Of a stretch of DNA of 64,000 nt, positions 34,351 to 43,380 are shown in pieces. Numbering within the stretch: the stretch's first letter is position 1; every line of letters starts with the position of its first letter. The position numbers were made by a program, and so were the translations under genes. The notes beneath the pieces were generated by a model, which saw only the letters and a list, made by a program, of their open reading frames with translations, was not told the DNA's origin and searched no databases. The DNA comes from an uncultured Gammaproteobacteria bacterium. GTDB lineage: Bacteria > Pseudomonadota > Gammaproteobacteria > CAWCPV01. The stretch spans positions 704,001-768,000 of the forward strand of contig CAWCPV010000004.1 in NCBI GenBank assembly GCA_963797555.1, given 5' to 3'.

Positions 34351-36605
34351 TCGTCCTCGCCCTGCGCGCCCGCAACCTGCTGAAGTATGCGCGTCTGGAG
34401 CTGCGGGACCTGCCCGTCCAGGGTCGGATCGCCATCGGCGGCCCCAATGAATCGGGCAAGACCGCCATCGGCGAGATCATCTGTTTCGCGTTGTTCGGCC
34501 GCACCTTCGCCGCATCCGGCTCGGACCTGGCCAAGATCGTCAAATGGCGGGAGTCGCGGGCAAACGTCGAGATCGACTTCGCAGCGAATGACGGCAGCGA
34601 GTATACGGTCACCCGTTACCTGGATAGCGACGGCCGCTGCGACGCGCGGCTCGCGCGCCGGGGCGAAGCGGACCCTGTGGCGCGTGGGGCAGAGGCTGTC
34701 GACGGCAGTGTGGTCCGGCTGATCGGGTTCGGCTATGGGGAGTTCGTCGACACCTTTTACCTCGCCCAGCGCGAGATCACCGTGCCCCACTCCCAGAGCA
34801 GCACCGTGAAATCCATCGTGGGCGTGGCCGCCATGGAACGCGCCGCTCAAGAGATTGGCGAGGAGATCAAGCAGGAGCGCGAGGCCGCGGAGCGGCACAA
34901 GCTGGAGATCACCAACCTCAACTTGCAGATCATGCAGCTCGACTTCCACGAGGAGAGCGCGGCTTCCCTCGAGTCGGAGTTGCGCGTGCAGCACGAGTCC
35001 ATGGAGGAAAAGCGCGCCCGGATAGCGACGCTGAACAGCAACGCCCAGCGCCTGGAACAGGCATTCGCCCAACTGCGCCGCTTGGCGGACCAGGTACCCG
35101 TTACCGACATCCAGACGTTTTACGCACACTGGCTGAGATATGCCGACGGCCTGGCTCGCACGCTGGACGACCTCCACCGCGCCTGTCATGCCACCGAAGC
35201 CGGGCAGGAGCTGCGGACTGCTGCCGATGTCAGAACGCTCGCACGAGAGCTCGAGGAGCACTTGGGGAGGTTCGTGGAGTTGCAAGCCAGGGCGTCCCTG
35301 TACCGACGCAGCCTCAGTGGCGTGCTGGGCGAGTCCGCGCCCGGCGTCGACGCTGAGGCGGCTTTGCCCGAGCGCCAGAAGGCCCTGTGCCAGAAGCTGA
35401 GCGAGACAAGGCACCGGCAGCGGCGTGGACGCTTGGTGATGTGGCTGTTCGCGCTCGTCTCGCTGGCCACCTGGGGCATGTGGATCGTCGTGAGCCTGGC
35501 ACCTCACGGTCCTCTGGGCGGTCTCGTGCTGAGCCTGACCCGAACCTACGTCCCCGCCTGGAAGCCGCTCCAGAACCCTTCCCATCTACTATGGCTGGCC
35601 GCGCTCGCGGCGGCCTGGACGCTGTTGACTCTTCCGATGCTGCTGCGCACGGTGGCGTTGGCGACCCGAACTGACCGCCTGTACCAACGGGTCGAGGAGC
35701 TGGGCGGGCGGATCGAGCGCCTGCGCAAGGAGGCGGAAATACTCGACACGCTGAGCGAGATCCCGCTGCCGGAGGCGCTGGCAGCACTGCGCCAGATCGA
35801 CGATGCAGGGGTCACCGAAGCCATTCGGGGATTCATAGGCAATGCGGACAATCCCCTTTTGGACGTGCAGGCCCTGCACGAATTCTTGCAGCGGCTGCGA
35901 ACGTCGCTGCACGATTGCGAGGCCGAGGTGGTGGCTCGCGGCGATCACTTGCGCGAGAGCATCGTCCAGCTCCAGCGTGAGGCAGGGGATTTGGAGCTTC
36001 GGGTCGATCAGACCCGACACGCCATCGAGGACGAGCGAGAGAAGCGTCGCCGCTCCCAGGAGCTGACCGGGCTCATCCGCGAGCTGCACACCAAGGTCGC
36101 CGAGCATGAACGGCGTATCACGGTGCGGGACGTGGCGGTGAACTTGCTGTCGGGCGCTGCCCGGGAGGTCTCGGCCCGCTTCAACCGAGATCTGCAGGCT
36201 TATCTGCCGGGCATCATGCCTCGCCTCACGGATGGCCGCTACCGGTACCTGCAGATCGGGGACGACTATCGGCTCAGGGTGTTCTCTTCAGAGAAGAGCG
36301 ATTTTGCCGACCTCGATGAGCTTTCCAGCGGGACGCAACGCCAGATCACTTTCGCCTTGCGCCTGGCCCTCGCCGCGGCGCTCGCGCAGGCCGCCGTCCG
36401 CGGCGCCCAGTGCCTCATCCTGGACGAGCCCTTCGCCTTCTTCGACCGCGGTCGGATGCGGGAAACGCTTGCCGGACTGCCGTCCGTCAGCGATCGGCTC
36501 ACTCAGATCTGGGTCATCTCCCAGGAGTTCGAGCCGAACGCCGGTTTCACTCTGGAAATCCATTGCGCGCCGGACCAGGACACGCTCACCGTGAAAGCCG
36601 CCTGA
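34347..36605 (+). CDS. SbcC/Rad50/YhaN-like coiled-coil ABC ATPase with two central TM segments
   Basis: Walker A GPNESGKT, Q-loop YLAQ, signature LSSGTQ, Walker B LILDEP; two hydrophobic stretches in mid coiled coil. Confidence 0.85.
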   Translation: MIVLALRARNLLKYARLELRDLPVQGRIAIGGPNESGKTAIGEIICFALFGRTFAASGSDLAKIVKWRESRANVEIDFAANDGSEYTVTRYLDSDGRCDARLARRGEADPVARGAEAVDGSVVRLIGFGYGEFVDTFYLAQREITVPHSQSSTVKSIVGVAAMERAAQEIGEEIKQEREAAERHKLEITNLNLQIMQLDFHEESAASLESELRVQHESMEEKRARIATLNSNAQRLEQAFAQLRRLADQVPVTDIQTFYAHWLRYADGLARTLDDLHRACHATEAGQELRTAADVRTLARELEEHLGRFVELQARASLYRRSLSGVLGESAPGVDAEAALPERQKALCQKLSETRHRQRRGRLVMWLFALVSLATWGMWIVVSLAPHGPLGGLVLSLTRTYVPAWKPLQNPSHLLWLAALAAAWTLLTLPMLLRTVALATRTDRLYQRVEELGGRIERLRKEAEILDTLSEIPLPEALAALRQIDDAGVTEAIRGFIGNADNPLLDVQALHEFLQRLRTSLHDCEAEVVARGDHLRESIVQLQREAGDLELRVDQTRHAIEDEREKRRRSQELTGLIRELHTKVAEHERRITVRDVAVNLLSGAAREVSARFNRDLQAYLPGIMPRLTDGRYRYLQIGDDYRLRVFSSEKSDFADLDELSSGTQRQITFALRLALAAALAQAAVRGAQCLILDEPFAFFDRGRMRETLAGLPSVSDRLTQIWVISQEFEPNAGFTLEIHCAPDQDTLTVKAA

Positions 36606-36792
36606 GGAGGCCGCGCGAGCCGGTCGGCGCGATAGCCCGCGCATGCCAGGAGAGCGGGGCCAAGTCGATCGTCGCGCCCCCACCCCTCGCCTGCCCTGGC
36701 GAGAGGAGCAGTCATCGAGGAGCGGCTCGACACGTGACTGAGGACATCCGGCCAATCAGTAGCTTGTGGTGATCTTCTCGAGAGCCGCGCAC

Positions 36793-37497
36793 ATGACGAG
36801 TCCGCCGACGTTCTCTCTGGACACCCTGGAGCTGGGGCCCATGGAGAATTTCGTCTACCTGATCCGCGACCATGACACCGGCCGCGCGGCCGTGATTGAC
36901 CCGGCATGGGAGGTGCCCCGCATCGTGGAGCTGGCGAGGCAGCGCAGCGTCCGCATCACGGACGTCCTGCTGACCCACAGCCATCACGACCACGTGAACG
37001 GCGTTGGCGAGTTGCTGGAGAGCTTCGATGCGCGCATCCACCTGCTCCAGCCGGAGGTGGCGTTCTGGGGCCGGGAGCTGGAGCGTCCGCTCCTGCACCA
37101 CGGTGGAGACACCATCGCTCTCGGCCGGACATCGATCCAGGTCCTGCACACCCCGGGCCACACTCCCGGGTCCGCCTGCTACCTGATCGACCGTCACCTC
37201 ATCACTGGCGACACGCTGTTCGTCTTCGGCTGCGGGCGCTGCGACCTGCGCGGCGGGGACCCCGAAGCGATGTACCGGACGCTGAAGGATTTCGCGACCA
37301 ACCTCTCGGGCGAAACCGTGATCCACCCGGGCCACAACTACGCGGAGCAACTGGTCTCCAATATCGAGGAACAGCGCGAAGGGAACCCGTTCATGCACTT
37401 CGAGAGCCTGTCGGAGTTCGTGCGTTACCGGATGGTAGACCACGACCGGCTGCGGCACTCTCCTTACGCTCCGGTCCCGCGCCCGCCCCGGTCCTGA
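36793..37497 (+). CDS. Metallo-beta-lactamase-fold hydrolase (glyoxalase II/ETHE1-like)
   Basis: THSHHDH, HTPGHTPGS, TGDTLF..GCGRCD, HPGHNY. Confidence 0.9.
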   Translation: MTSPPTFSLDTLELGPMENFVYLIRDHDTGRAAVIDPAWEVPRIVELARQRSVRITDVLLTHSHHDHVNGVGELLESFDARIHLLQPEVAFWGRELERPLLHHGGDTIALGRTSIQVLHTPGHTPGSACYLIDRHLITGDTLFVFGCGRCDLRGGDPEAMYRTLKDFATNLSGETVIHPGHNYAEQLVSNIEEQREGNPFMHFESLSEFVRYRMVDHDRLRHSPYAPVPRPPRS

Positions 37498-37564
37498 GCG
37501 GCGTCGGAGCGCTACGCTGCGCGGGCCGGAGACCGGCCGGCCACGACAACAAAGGGGGGGATCC

Positions 37565-38068
37565 ATGAACCGCTGGGCTGCAATTCTGCTGCTTCTCGCC
37601 GGCACGACTGCTGTCGCCGGCAAGGTTTACCGCTGGACCGATGAGCAGGGCCAAGTCCACTTCGGCGACACGCCCCCGGGGCAGGCCGCTGCGACGGCGG
37701 TCGAGACGACCGGCGACTGCTTAGCCTATGAGACGCCGGCCGACTGCGATCAGCGGGTGGCCAAGGCCCGAAGGCTGGACGAGCAACGCATGCAGGAAGC
37801 CGTCCAGGCTGAAGGGAGGGCGGCGAGCAAGGCCACCAGTAAGGCCGAGCGATCGACCTCGCAGAAGCGGGCCTCGACGCGGCAGGAGCGGCAGCGCGCG
37901 GCATCCGGCCCAACCTGTGAAGAGCATCAGCGTGAGATACGCGACCTGGACCAGCGCATGCGTCACCAGACACATACCGGAGCGGACCTCAGCTATCTCC
38001 GGAAGCGGCTGCGAGAGCTGGAGGGAGCCTATCGCAAGGAGTGCCCTGCGCCAGCCCTCCGCTGGTGA
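37565..38068 (+). CDS. DUF4124-domain exported protein
   Basis: Signal peptide followed by VYRWTDEQGQVHFGDTPP. Confidence 0.85.
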   Translation: MNRWAAILLLLAGTTAVAGKVYRWTDEQGQVHFGDTPPGQAAATAVETTGDCLAYETPADCDQRVAKARRLDEQRMQEAVQAEGRAASKATSKAERSTSQKRASTRQERQRAASGPTCEEHQREIRDLDQRMRHQTHTGADLSYLRKRLRELEGAYRKECPAPALRW

Positions 38069-38088
38069 ACAGCATCGCCAGCGCTGTC

Positions 38089-38960
38089 GCAACAGCCATC
38101 ATCGCCCCCAGGGAGCGCACGTATCGCTCGGCGATAGCGACCTGCTGTGCGGCGAAACCACCTCTAGCTCGGCGCGCCACTCAACTCCCTATACCACAAC
38201 AACTCGACCCTGGCCCGACCCTGGCCCCTTTAACTTTCGACCACGTGAACGGCGTTGGCGAGTTGCTGGAGAGCTTCGATGCGCGCATCCACCTGCTCCA
38301 GCCGGAGGCGGCGTTCTGGGGCTGGGAGCTGGAGCGTCCACTCCTGCACCACGGTGGCGATACCATCGCTCTCGGCCGGACATCGATCCAGGTCCTGCAC
38401 ACGCCGGGCCACACTCCAGGGTCCGCCTGCTACCTGATCGACCGTCACCTCATCACCGGCGACACGCTGTTCGTCTTCGCCGGCCGACTGCGATCAGCGG
38501 GTGGCCAAGGCCCGAAGGCTGGACGAGCAACGCATGCAGGAAGCCGTCCAGGCTGAAGGGAGGGCGGCGAGCAAGGCCACCAGTAAGGCCGAGCGATCGA
38601 CCTCGCAGAAGCGGGCCTCGACGCGGCAGGAGCGGCAGCGCGCGGCATCCGGCCCAACCTGTGAAGAGCATCAGCGTGAGATACGCGACCTGGACCAGCG
38701 CATGCGTCACCAGACACATACCGGAGCGGACCTCAGCTATCTCCGGAAGCGGCTGCGAGAGCTGGAGGGAGCCTATCGCAAGGAGTGCCCTGCGCCAGCC
38801 CTCCGCTGGTGAACAGCTCCGAAGAAGTTAAAGGGGCCAGGGTCGAGTTATTGTGGTATAGGGAGTTGAGTGGCGCGCCGAGCTAGAGGTGGTTTCGCCG
38901 CACAGCAGGTCGCTATCGCCGAGCGATACGTGCGCTCCCTGGGGCGATGATGGCTGTTGC
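38089..38960. repeat. About 140-bp inverted repeats (38089-38236 and 38826-38960) enclosing a chimeric duplicate of the two upstream genes
   Basis: 38238-38478 matches 36987-37228 with 8 mismatches by eye; 38478-38817 is identical to 37734-38073. Confidence 0.9.
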
Positions 38961-39175
38961 CACGGCAGCCGTACCGCCTGGGCTGGCCCCAGGGACGCCC
39001 TGCCGCGGGCTGTGCAGGCGCTGCCCGAGGCTCAGAGGGTGGCGCCGTGGGACTGGCGACATCACCGCTCGTTCGACGCGCTGAGAGCCCGCCGGGAGAC
39101 GAGAATCCGACCCGACTCCGCCGCAAGGGCATCATGGCTAGCGGCAGGAGAAATGGCTTATCAGCTTAGCCATTA

Positions 39176-39971
39176 TCGCGCTGGGCAAAGCTCGGCGCTT
39201 CTTGCAGGTGAGAGTCCCTGTCGGGAGAAGAGGTCGTAAGGCATCTTCATAAGGGTTAGCCACCCACCCGTATCGAAGCCTTGGGTCCGTGGCGGAGTAG
39301 CCGAGAGGCTGCGAACAAGACGGGCTAAGCGTAGGCAGAGTATCCTGTAGGCCGTAGGGGAGGCCGCGCTCCCTGAAGTGCTGGTACAGCTTCGAGATAA
39401 GCTTGTTGCGGATGCCGAGGGTTTTAACGTGCCCGAAGGCTACACGAAGCGCCCGTTTTGGCGAGGGCGTGGAGGTCCGCCGGAGTCCTCAGGCCGTGGC
39501 ATGCAGGAAGAGAGGCGTCGGAGAACCCAGGAGGCCCCATCGGCTCCTGGCCGGAGGGAAGCTCGGTCATACGGTATACGGCTATTGAGGCACGGAAGGG
39601 GAAACCCGGACACAGGGTTAAGCCGGAACCTAAGTGGACGAAGGGAACTTCGGAGCAGGCAGGCGGAGAAGTACTGTCAAAGGGAACGCCCGCCGTATGC
39701 TGGTGGGGAGTCTTACCAGGCATAGTACTCGGAGACGGGGAAAGCCCGTTACAAGGGGAAGGACCTGGCGGAAGTACGCAGCCCGTATAGGAAACTTGCG
39801 CCGGACAGAGTCGGGCCGGAGAACGCAAGCGAACCTCACTGCGGGCAATAGCCAACAGACGGCGAGTGGCCGTCTGCGCGGAAGCGAGTACAACCGAGGA
39901 ACCGGATGCGGAAAAACTGCACGTCCGGGTCTGTGCCGGGGGCGGCGGGTGACCGCCGTCCCTACGGCGGA
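39176..39971 (+). ncRNA. Group II intron RNA without a maturase ORF
   Basis: Domain V GAACCGGATGCGGAAAAACTGCACGTCCGGGTC and domain VI GGCGGCGGGTGACCGCCGTCCCTAC at the 3' end; 5' end TCGCGCTGGGCAAAGCTCGGCGC; GGTGAGAGTCC and ATAGTACTC..GGGGAAGG motifs. Confidence 0.85.
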
Positions 39972-39972
39972 G

Positions 39973-41639
39973 CCTGGATCCGTGACTTGAATCTCCGAGC
40001 GCCCGGGGCGCGAGAGAATGGGAGCTATTCTCAGTTGAGTTGGTTAGTTTTTAGCCAACCGGTGACGCCGGCTATGTACAGCGGGCGTAGACCCTCGTCG
40101 GCGCAGGAGTGACGGCGGGGCTTTGAGGCTTGGACGCTGAATTTCGGGCGTAGGTTTACACCGGGGTCTGGTGAGGCCCGGGTCGAGTTTCTATGGAGGT
40201 CGTCCTAGCTACCCGAAGGCGAGCTGGTAATACAGCTGCTCGAAGGCGCGGAAGCCGGGACAGAGCCGGCTGAAGCGCAGCTTCAGTCTGCGGGCGGTGG
40301 CGACCAACCGGGCGGCGAGGTACATCAGCTCCTGGATGACGGTCTTGATCCGCCGGCGCTTGGCCGGATGGCGCAGGGGAGCCGACTCGCCGGTCAGCCC
40401 GATGAGTCCGATGAAGCGCAGGATGTTGTAGGCGAACACGGCAAAGGCGAGCACCAGGTCATTGGTGTCGAATTTCCCGGAGGGCAGCCGTTCGATATCG
40501 AGGTCGGTCTTGAACTCGCTGTGGAACTGCTCGGAGGTGCCGTGGTCACGGTACAGGGCGACGATCTCCGCGTCCGGATAGGCGAGCGAGGTCCACCAGC
40601 CATCGAGCTCCAGCTCCGGTACCAACAGCGCCTGGCCCTTCTTGTCGATGGTGCGCTCGGTCACCCGCATCACCCGGCGAACGTGGTAGGTGTGCTCCCG
40701 ATGGGGGTGCTCCTCGACGACGCTGAACAGCGCCACGCGCTTGCCGGGGCGGGGTGTCTCCCATGCCCCTTGGCGCTCGGCGCGCTCCAGCCAATGGGCA
40801 GGGTCCTCGCCCCGAGGGTTCCACTGGATAATGAAGTCCACCTCCTCTTCGAGGTAGCGCAGCCGGTTCTCCAAGGCGTCGTGGGCGCTGTCCTGGCGCA
40901 CCAGCAGCGGCAGTTTGGTCAGGCGCCTGGCCCGCGGCAGGATGCGCTCCCAGACCTAGCCGAATTCCTTCTGACTGTGCTGCTTGCCTTCTCGCAGCTC
41001 ACAGCCGACGCACCACCCTTCGGTTCCCACGTAGGTCGCGATCGGCGCATAACCGTCATAGCCGTGGTAGGTGCGCGAGACTCCTTCTTGCTTGGTCCCG
41101 GAGTTGTCCATGGGAAAGACATCGATGTCCACCGGCACATGACCGGTCTTGAGCGCACTGACCGGTGCCTTGGCGTTGACCATGAACTCGATATCGGCCT
41201 CGTCAATGACCTTACCCGCAGGACCGCTGCGTGCTCGTCGAGACGCTGCCTCAGCGTTTCTGGCGAGGGTACCCGCTCCAGCCCCAACGCCTGGCGGAAG
41301 AAATCGTCCTCTCGGACGTTGGAGACCGCTTCGAAGTCGCTCTTGCCCAAACACATCAACCCCAGATAGCTCTTGGCTACGTCTTCATGGGAGATGCCGT
41401 GGCGTAGCGGGATCGCCTGCTTCAGCGCCTTGCCCAACCCGCTAAAGCGGTTGACGCAAAGACCGACCAAGGCCAGACCAGAATGGGAGGTGTAAAATTC
41501 CTCATCGGACTGCTCCAAGATGAACCGCTTCATCGTTCACCTGCCGGGTGAGCTGGAGTGCGGCCCGATTTTAGCTGAACTGCAATGATAAATCAGCAGG
41601 TTGCGGCCATCCGCTGAGACGCGAAGTCACGGAATCAGG
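39973..41639 (-). mobile_element. IS1380-family insertion sequence; transposase at 40209-41533 is frameshifted
   Basis: Terminal inverted repeats CCTGGATCCGTGACTT and AAGTCACGGAATCAGG; protein motifs TSHSGL, VDIDVFPMDNS, YRDHGTSEQFHSEFKTDLDIERLPSGKF. Confidence 0.9.
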
Positions 41640-42170
41640 ATTAGGTCAAGCGCGGTAGCGAGGACGGGTTGCAGGCTACGTCTCGATGGTTTCCCACCAT
41701 CCTCCCAGCGGAGCGGGTTTTGTGAACCTTGCGGCTCGGAGCAGTACTTGTAAAACTGAAGCCCCGCCGGGGTGGCTTCGCTGTCCTTGATGCCCTGATA
41801 AATGACGTGGGGCTCAAGAGCATCTGCGATGCCGGATAAGAACGGTCCTGGCCCTTCCCACCGGCCCCACTTGACGTCCTCGGCCTTTAGGCCATACAAG
41901 ACCACAGCGTACGTCTCACCTACAAGGGTAACTGCGGGAAGCTCGGTGATGTACCAAGTCCTAGCCTGCCCGCCTTGACGGGCGTTCTCCACAAGATGCT
42001 CGGCCGCCTTTTGCGTTGCGTGCGGCCGCGGATAGTATCTCTCGTGCCACTCGGGAAGGGGGTGGCTGTAACTCACGCGGTACCCTCCGCAGAAAACATT
42101 GCCGCACCAATTCGTCGGGCAGCCGTGGGTTGCTGGCAGGTCCCTGCTTAGCGGATCGTAGGGGACATCT
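41640..42170 (-). CDS. Hypothetical protein whose 3' end is cut by IS1380 (start uncertain)
   Basis: The open frame runs into the IS terminal repeat; joining it to 39175 gives a natural end LDLMAKLISHFSCR*. Confidence 0.5.
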
Positions 42171-42401
42171 GGATCACCCGGTTGCCGGGAACACGTTCGG
42201 GTTTTTGGACCCCGCCGCGTTCGGGGTTCTCCGGTGACTTTCCTGAGAATCCTGGTGCCGGCGAGTCGACTCGAACCACCGACCACATTACCGGGTCAAG
42301 CGTTGGCACCGCCCCATGATGGCGGGCCCGGACTTCGTAGGACACCCCAGGAGCCGCGATCTCACCCTGATCGTAGGGTATACCACCGACCCCTCCTTCA
42401 C

Positions 42402-42426
42402 CCCCGCCTGTAGCGGGGTTCTTTTT
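42402..42426 (+). terminator. Intrinsic terminator-like hairpin on the + strand
   Basis: CCCCGC-CTGTA-GCGGGG followed by TTCTTTTT. Confidence 0.55.
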
Positions 42427-42489
42427 GTCTGCTGGCGCATCGCAACACCGCTACACTTCGTTACAGGTAACACCCTTGGGCGGCTTGCT

Positions 42490-42831
42490 CTATTCAGACA
42501 CGGGAGGCATTACAAGAGGCCATGTTTCGGCCTGCTGCCCCTCGATCACGCGCAGAAATGGCTCCAGTTCCTGAGCCATCGCTTGTGGAAACTGTCCTCG
42601 GGCAACCCTTTCCCGCAGCCGGTCAACACGTGCCCGGCGGTCGAGGGCCGCATCTTTGAGTACCTCAAACAGCACGATCTGAAGCGTGGCGAGCTTGGCC
42701 ATCATGTTCACATTCTGTTCATGGGCAGTCGTCACGTGGCCCGAGACCTGGGCCAAGCGGTGCGTCAGTTGCGTCAACCGATCCTCGTGTGTCTTGACTA
42801 TTTCGAGTAGCTTGTTCAGCGCTCGCTCCAT
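42490..42831 (-). CDS. Hypothetical coiled-coil protein, 113 aa
   Basis: AAGGGAG RBS before ATG 42831; amphipathic helical pattern. Confidence 0.55.
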   Translation of the reverse strand: MERALNKLLEIVKTHEDRLTQLTHRLAQVSGHVTTAHEQNVNMMAKLATLQIVLFEVLKDAALDRRARVDRLRERVARGQFPQAMAQELEPFLRVIEGQQAETWPLVMPPVSE

Positions 42832-43231
42832 GGTAACTCCCTTGGGGTGACCTCGCTCCGGCAACTTCCTGCCGGCTTGGAATCGAACCACCGACGAGAT
42901 GACCAGATGTCAAGCGTCGGCACCGCTCGCGAACGACAGGCGCAGGCTTCCACCTGACGCCCCAGCGCCGGCGCACCACGCTCGCGCCTATGGCCGGCGC
43001 TGGTGGCGGTACTGCTGGCCCTGTGTTGTGCCACTGAGTAGCCTGAGGAGTATCCAGGATGGGGCCGGGAAGGCCGCTCCCTGGCGCTCAGGGACGCGTT
43101 CGCCCTCGACCCAATAGGGGAGGAGCTATACCCACACCCTGTGCGGGGGGTTTCTTGGCTGGCCGGCCGGGGGGATTCTTCCGAAATTTTACCGAAGCCA
43201 CCCTTCGTTTTTCGTAAGTCATTGTCTTATT

Positions 43232-43307
43232 TGGCGCTCCCTACCGGACTCGAACCGGTGTTACCGCCGTGAGAGGGCGGCGTCCTAGGCCGCTAGACGA
43301 AGGGAGC
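43232..43307 (-). tRNA. tRNA-Glu (CTC)
   Basis: 76-nt cloverleaf; anticodon arm CCGCC-CTCTCAC-GGCGG; GGTTCGAGTCC T-arm; CCA end. Confidence 0.97.
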
Positions 43308-43352
43308 ATGTTGGGGGGCCGCCCGCCTGGGTCCGCCCCGCAACGCGATGCT

Positions 43353-43380
43353 ATTATAGCGCGAGTCCTATTCAGCTCAA
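43353..43380 (-). promoter_or_regulatory. Candidate sigma70 promoter for tRNA-Glu
   Basis: TTGAGC-16 bp-TATAAT on the minus strand, followed by a GC-rich discriminator. Confidence 0.55.

Noticed and set aside
7405-38817. Duplicated segments as diversity-generating retroelement template/variable repeats
   Set aside because: Mismatches are not adenine-specific and no reverse transcriptase gene is present.
39378-39990. ORFs inside the intron as a maturase
   Set aside because: No RT motifs such as YADD or PQG; these are chance frames in structured RNA.
42253-42312. An additional tRNA gene
   Set aside because: It has GGTTCGA and a CCA-like end, but is too short and lacks D and anticodon arms; kept only as a motif finding.
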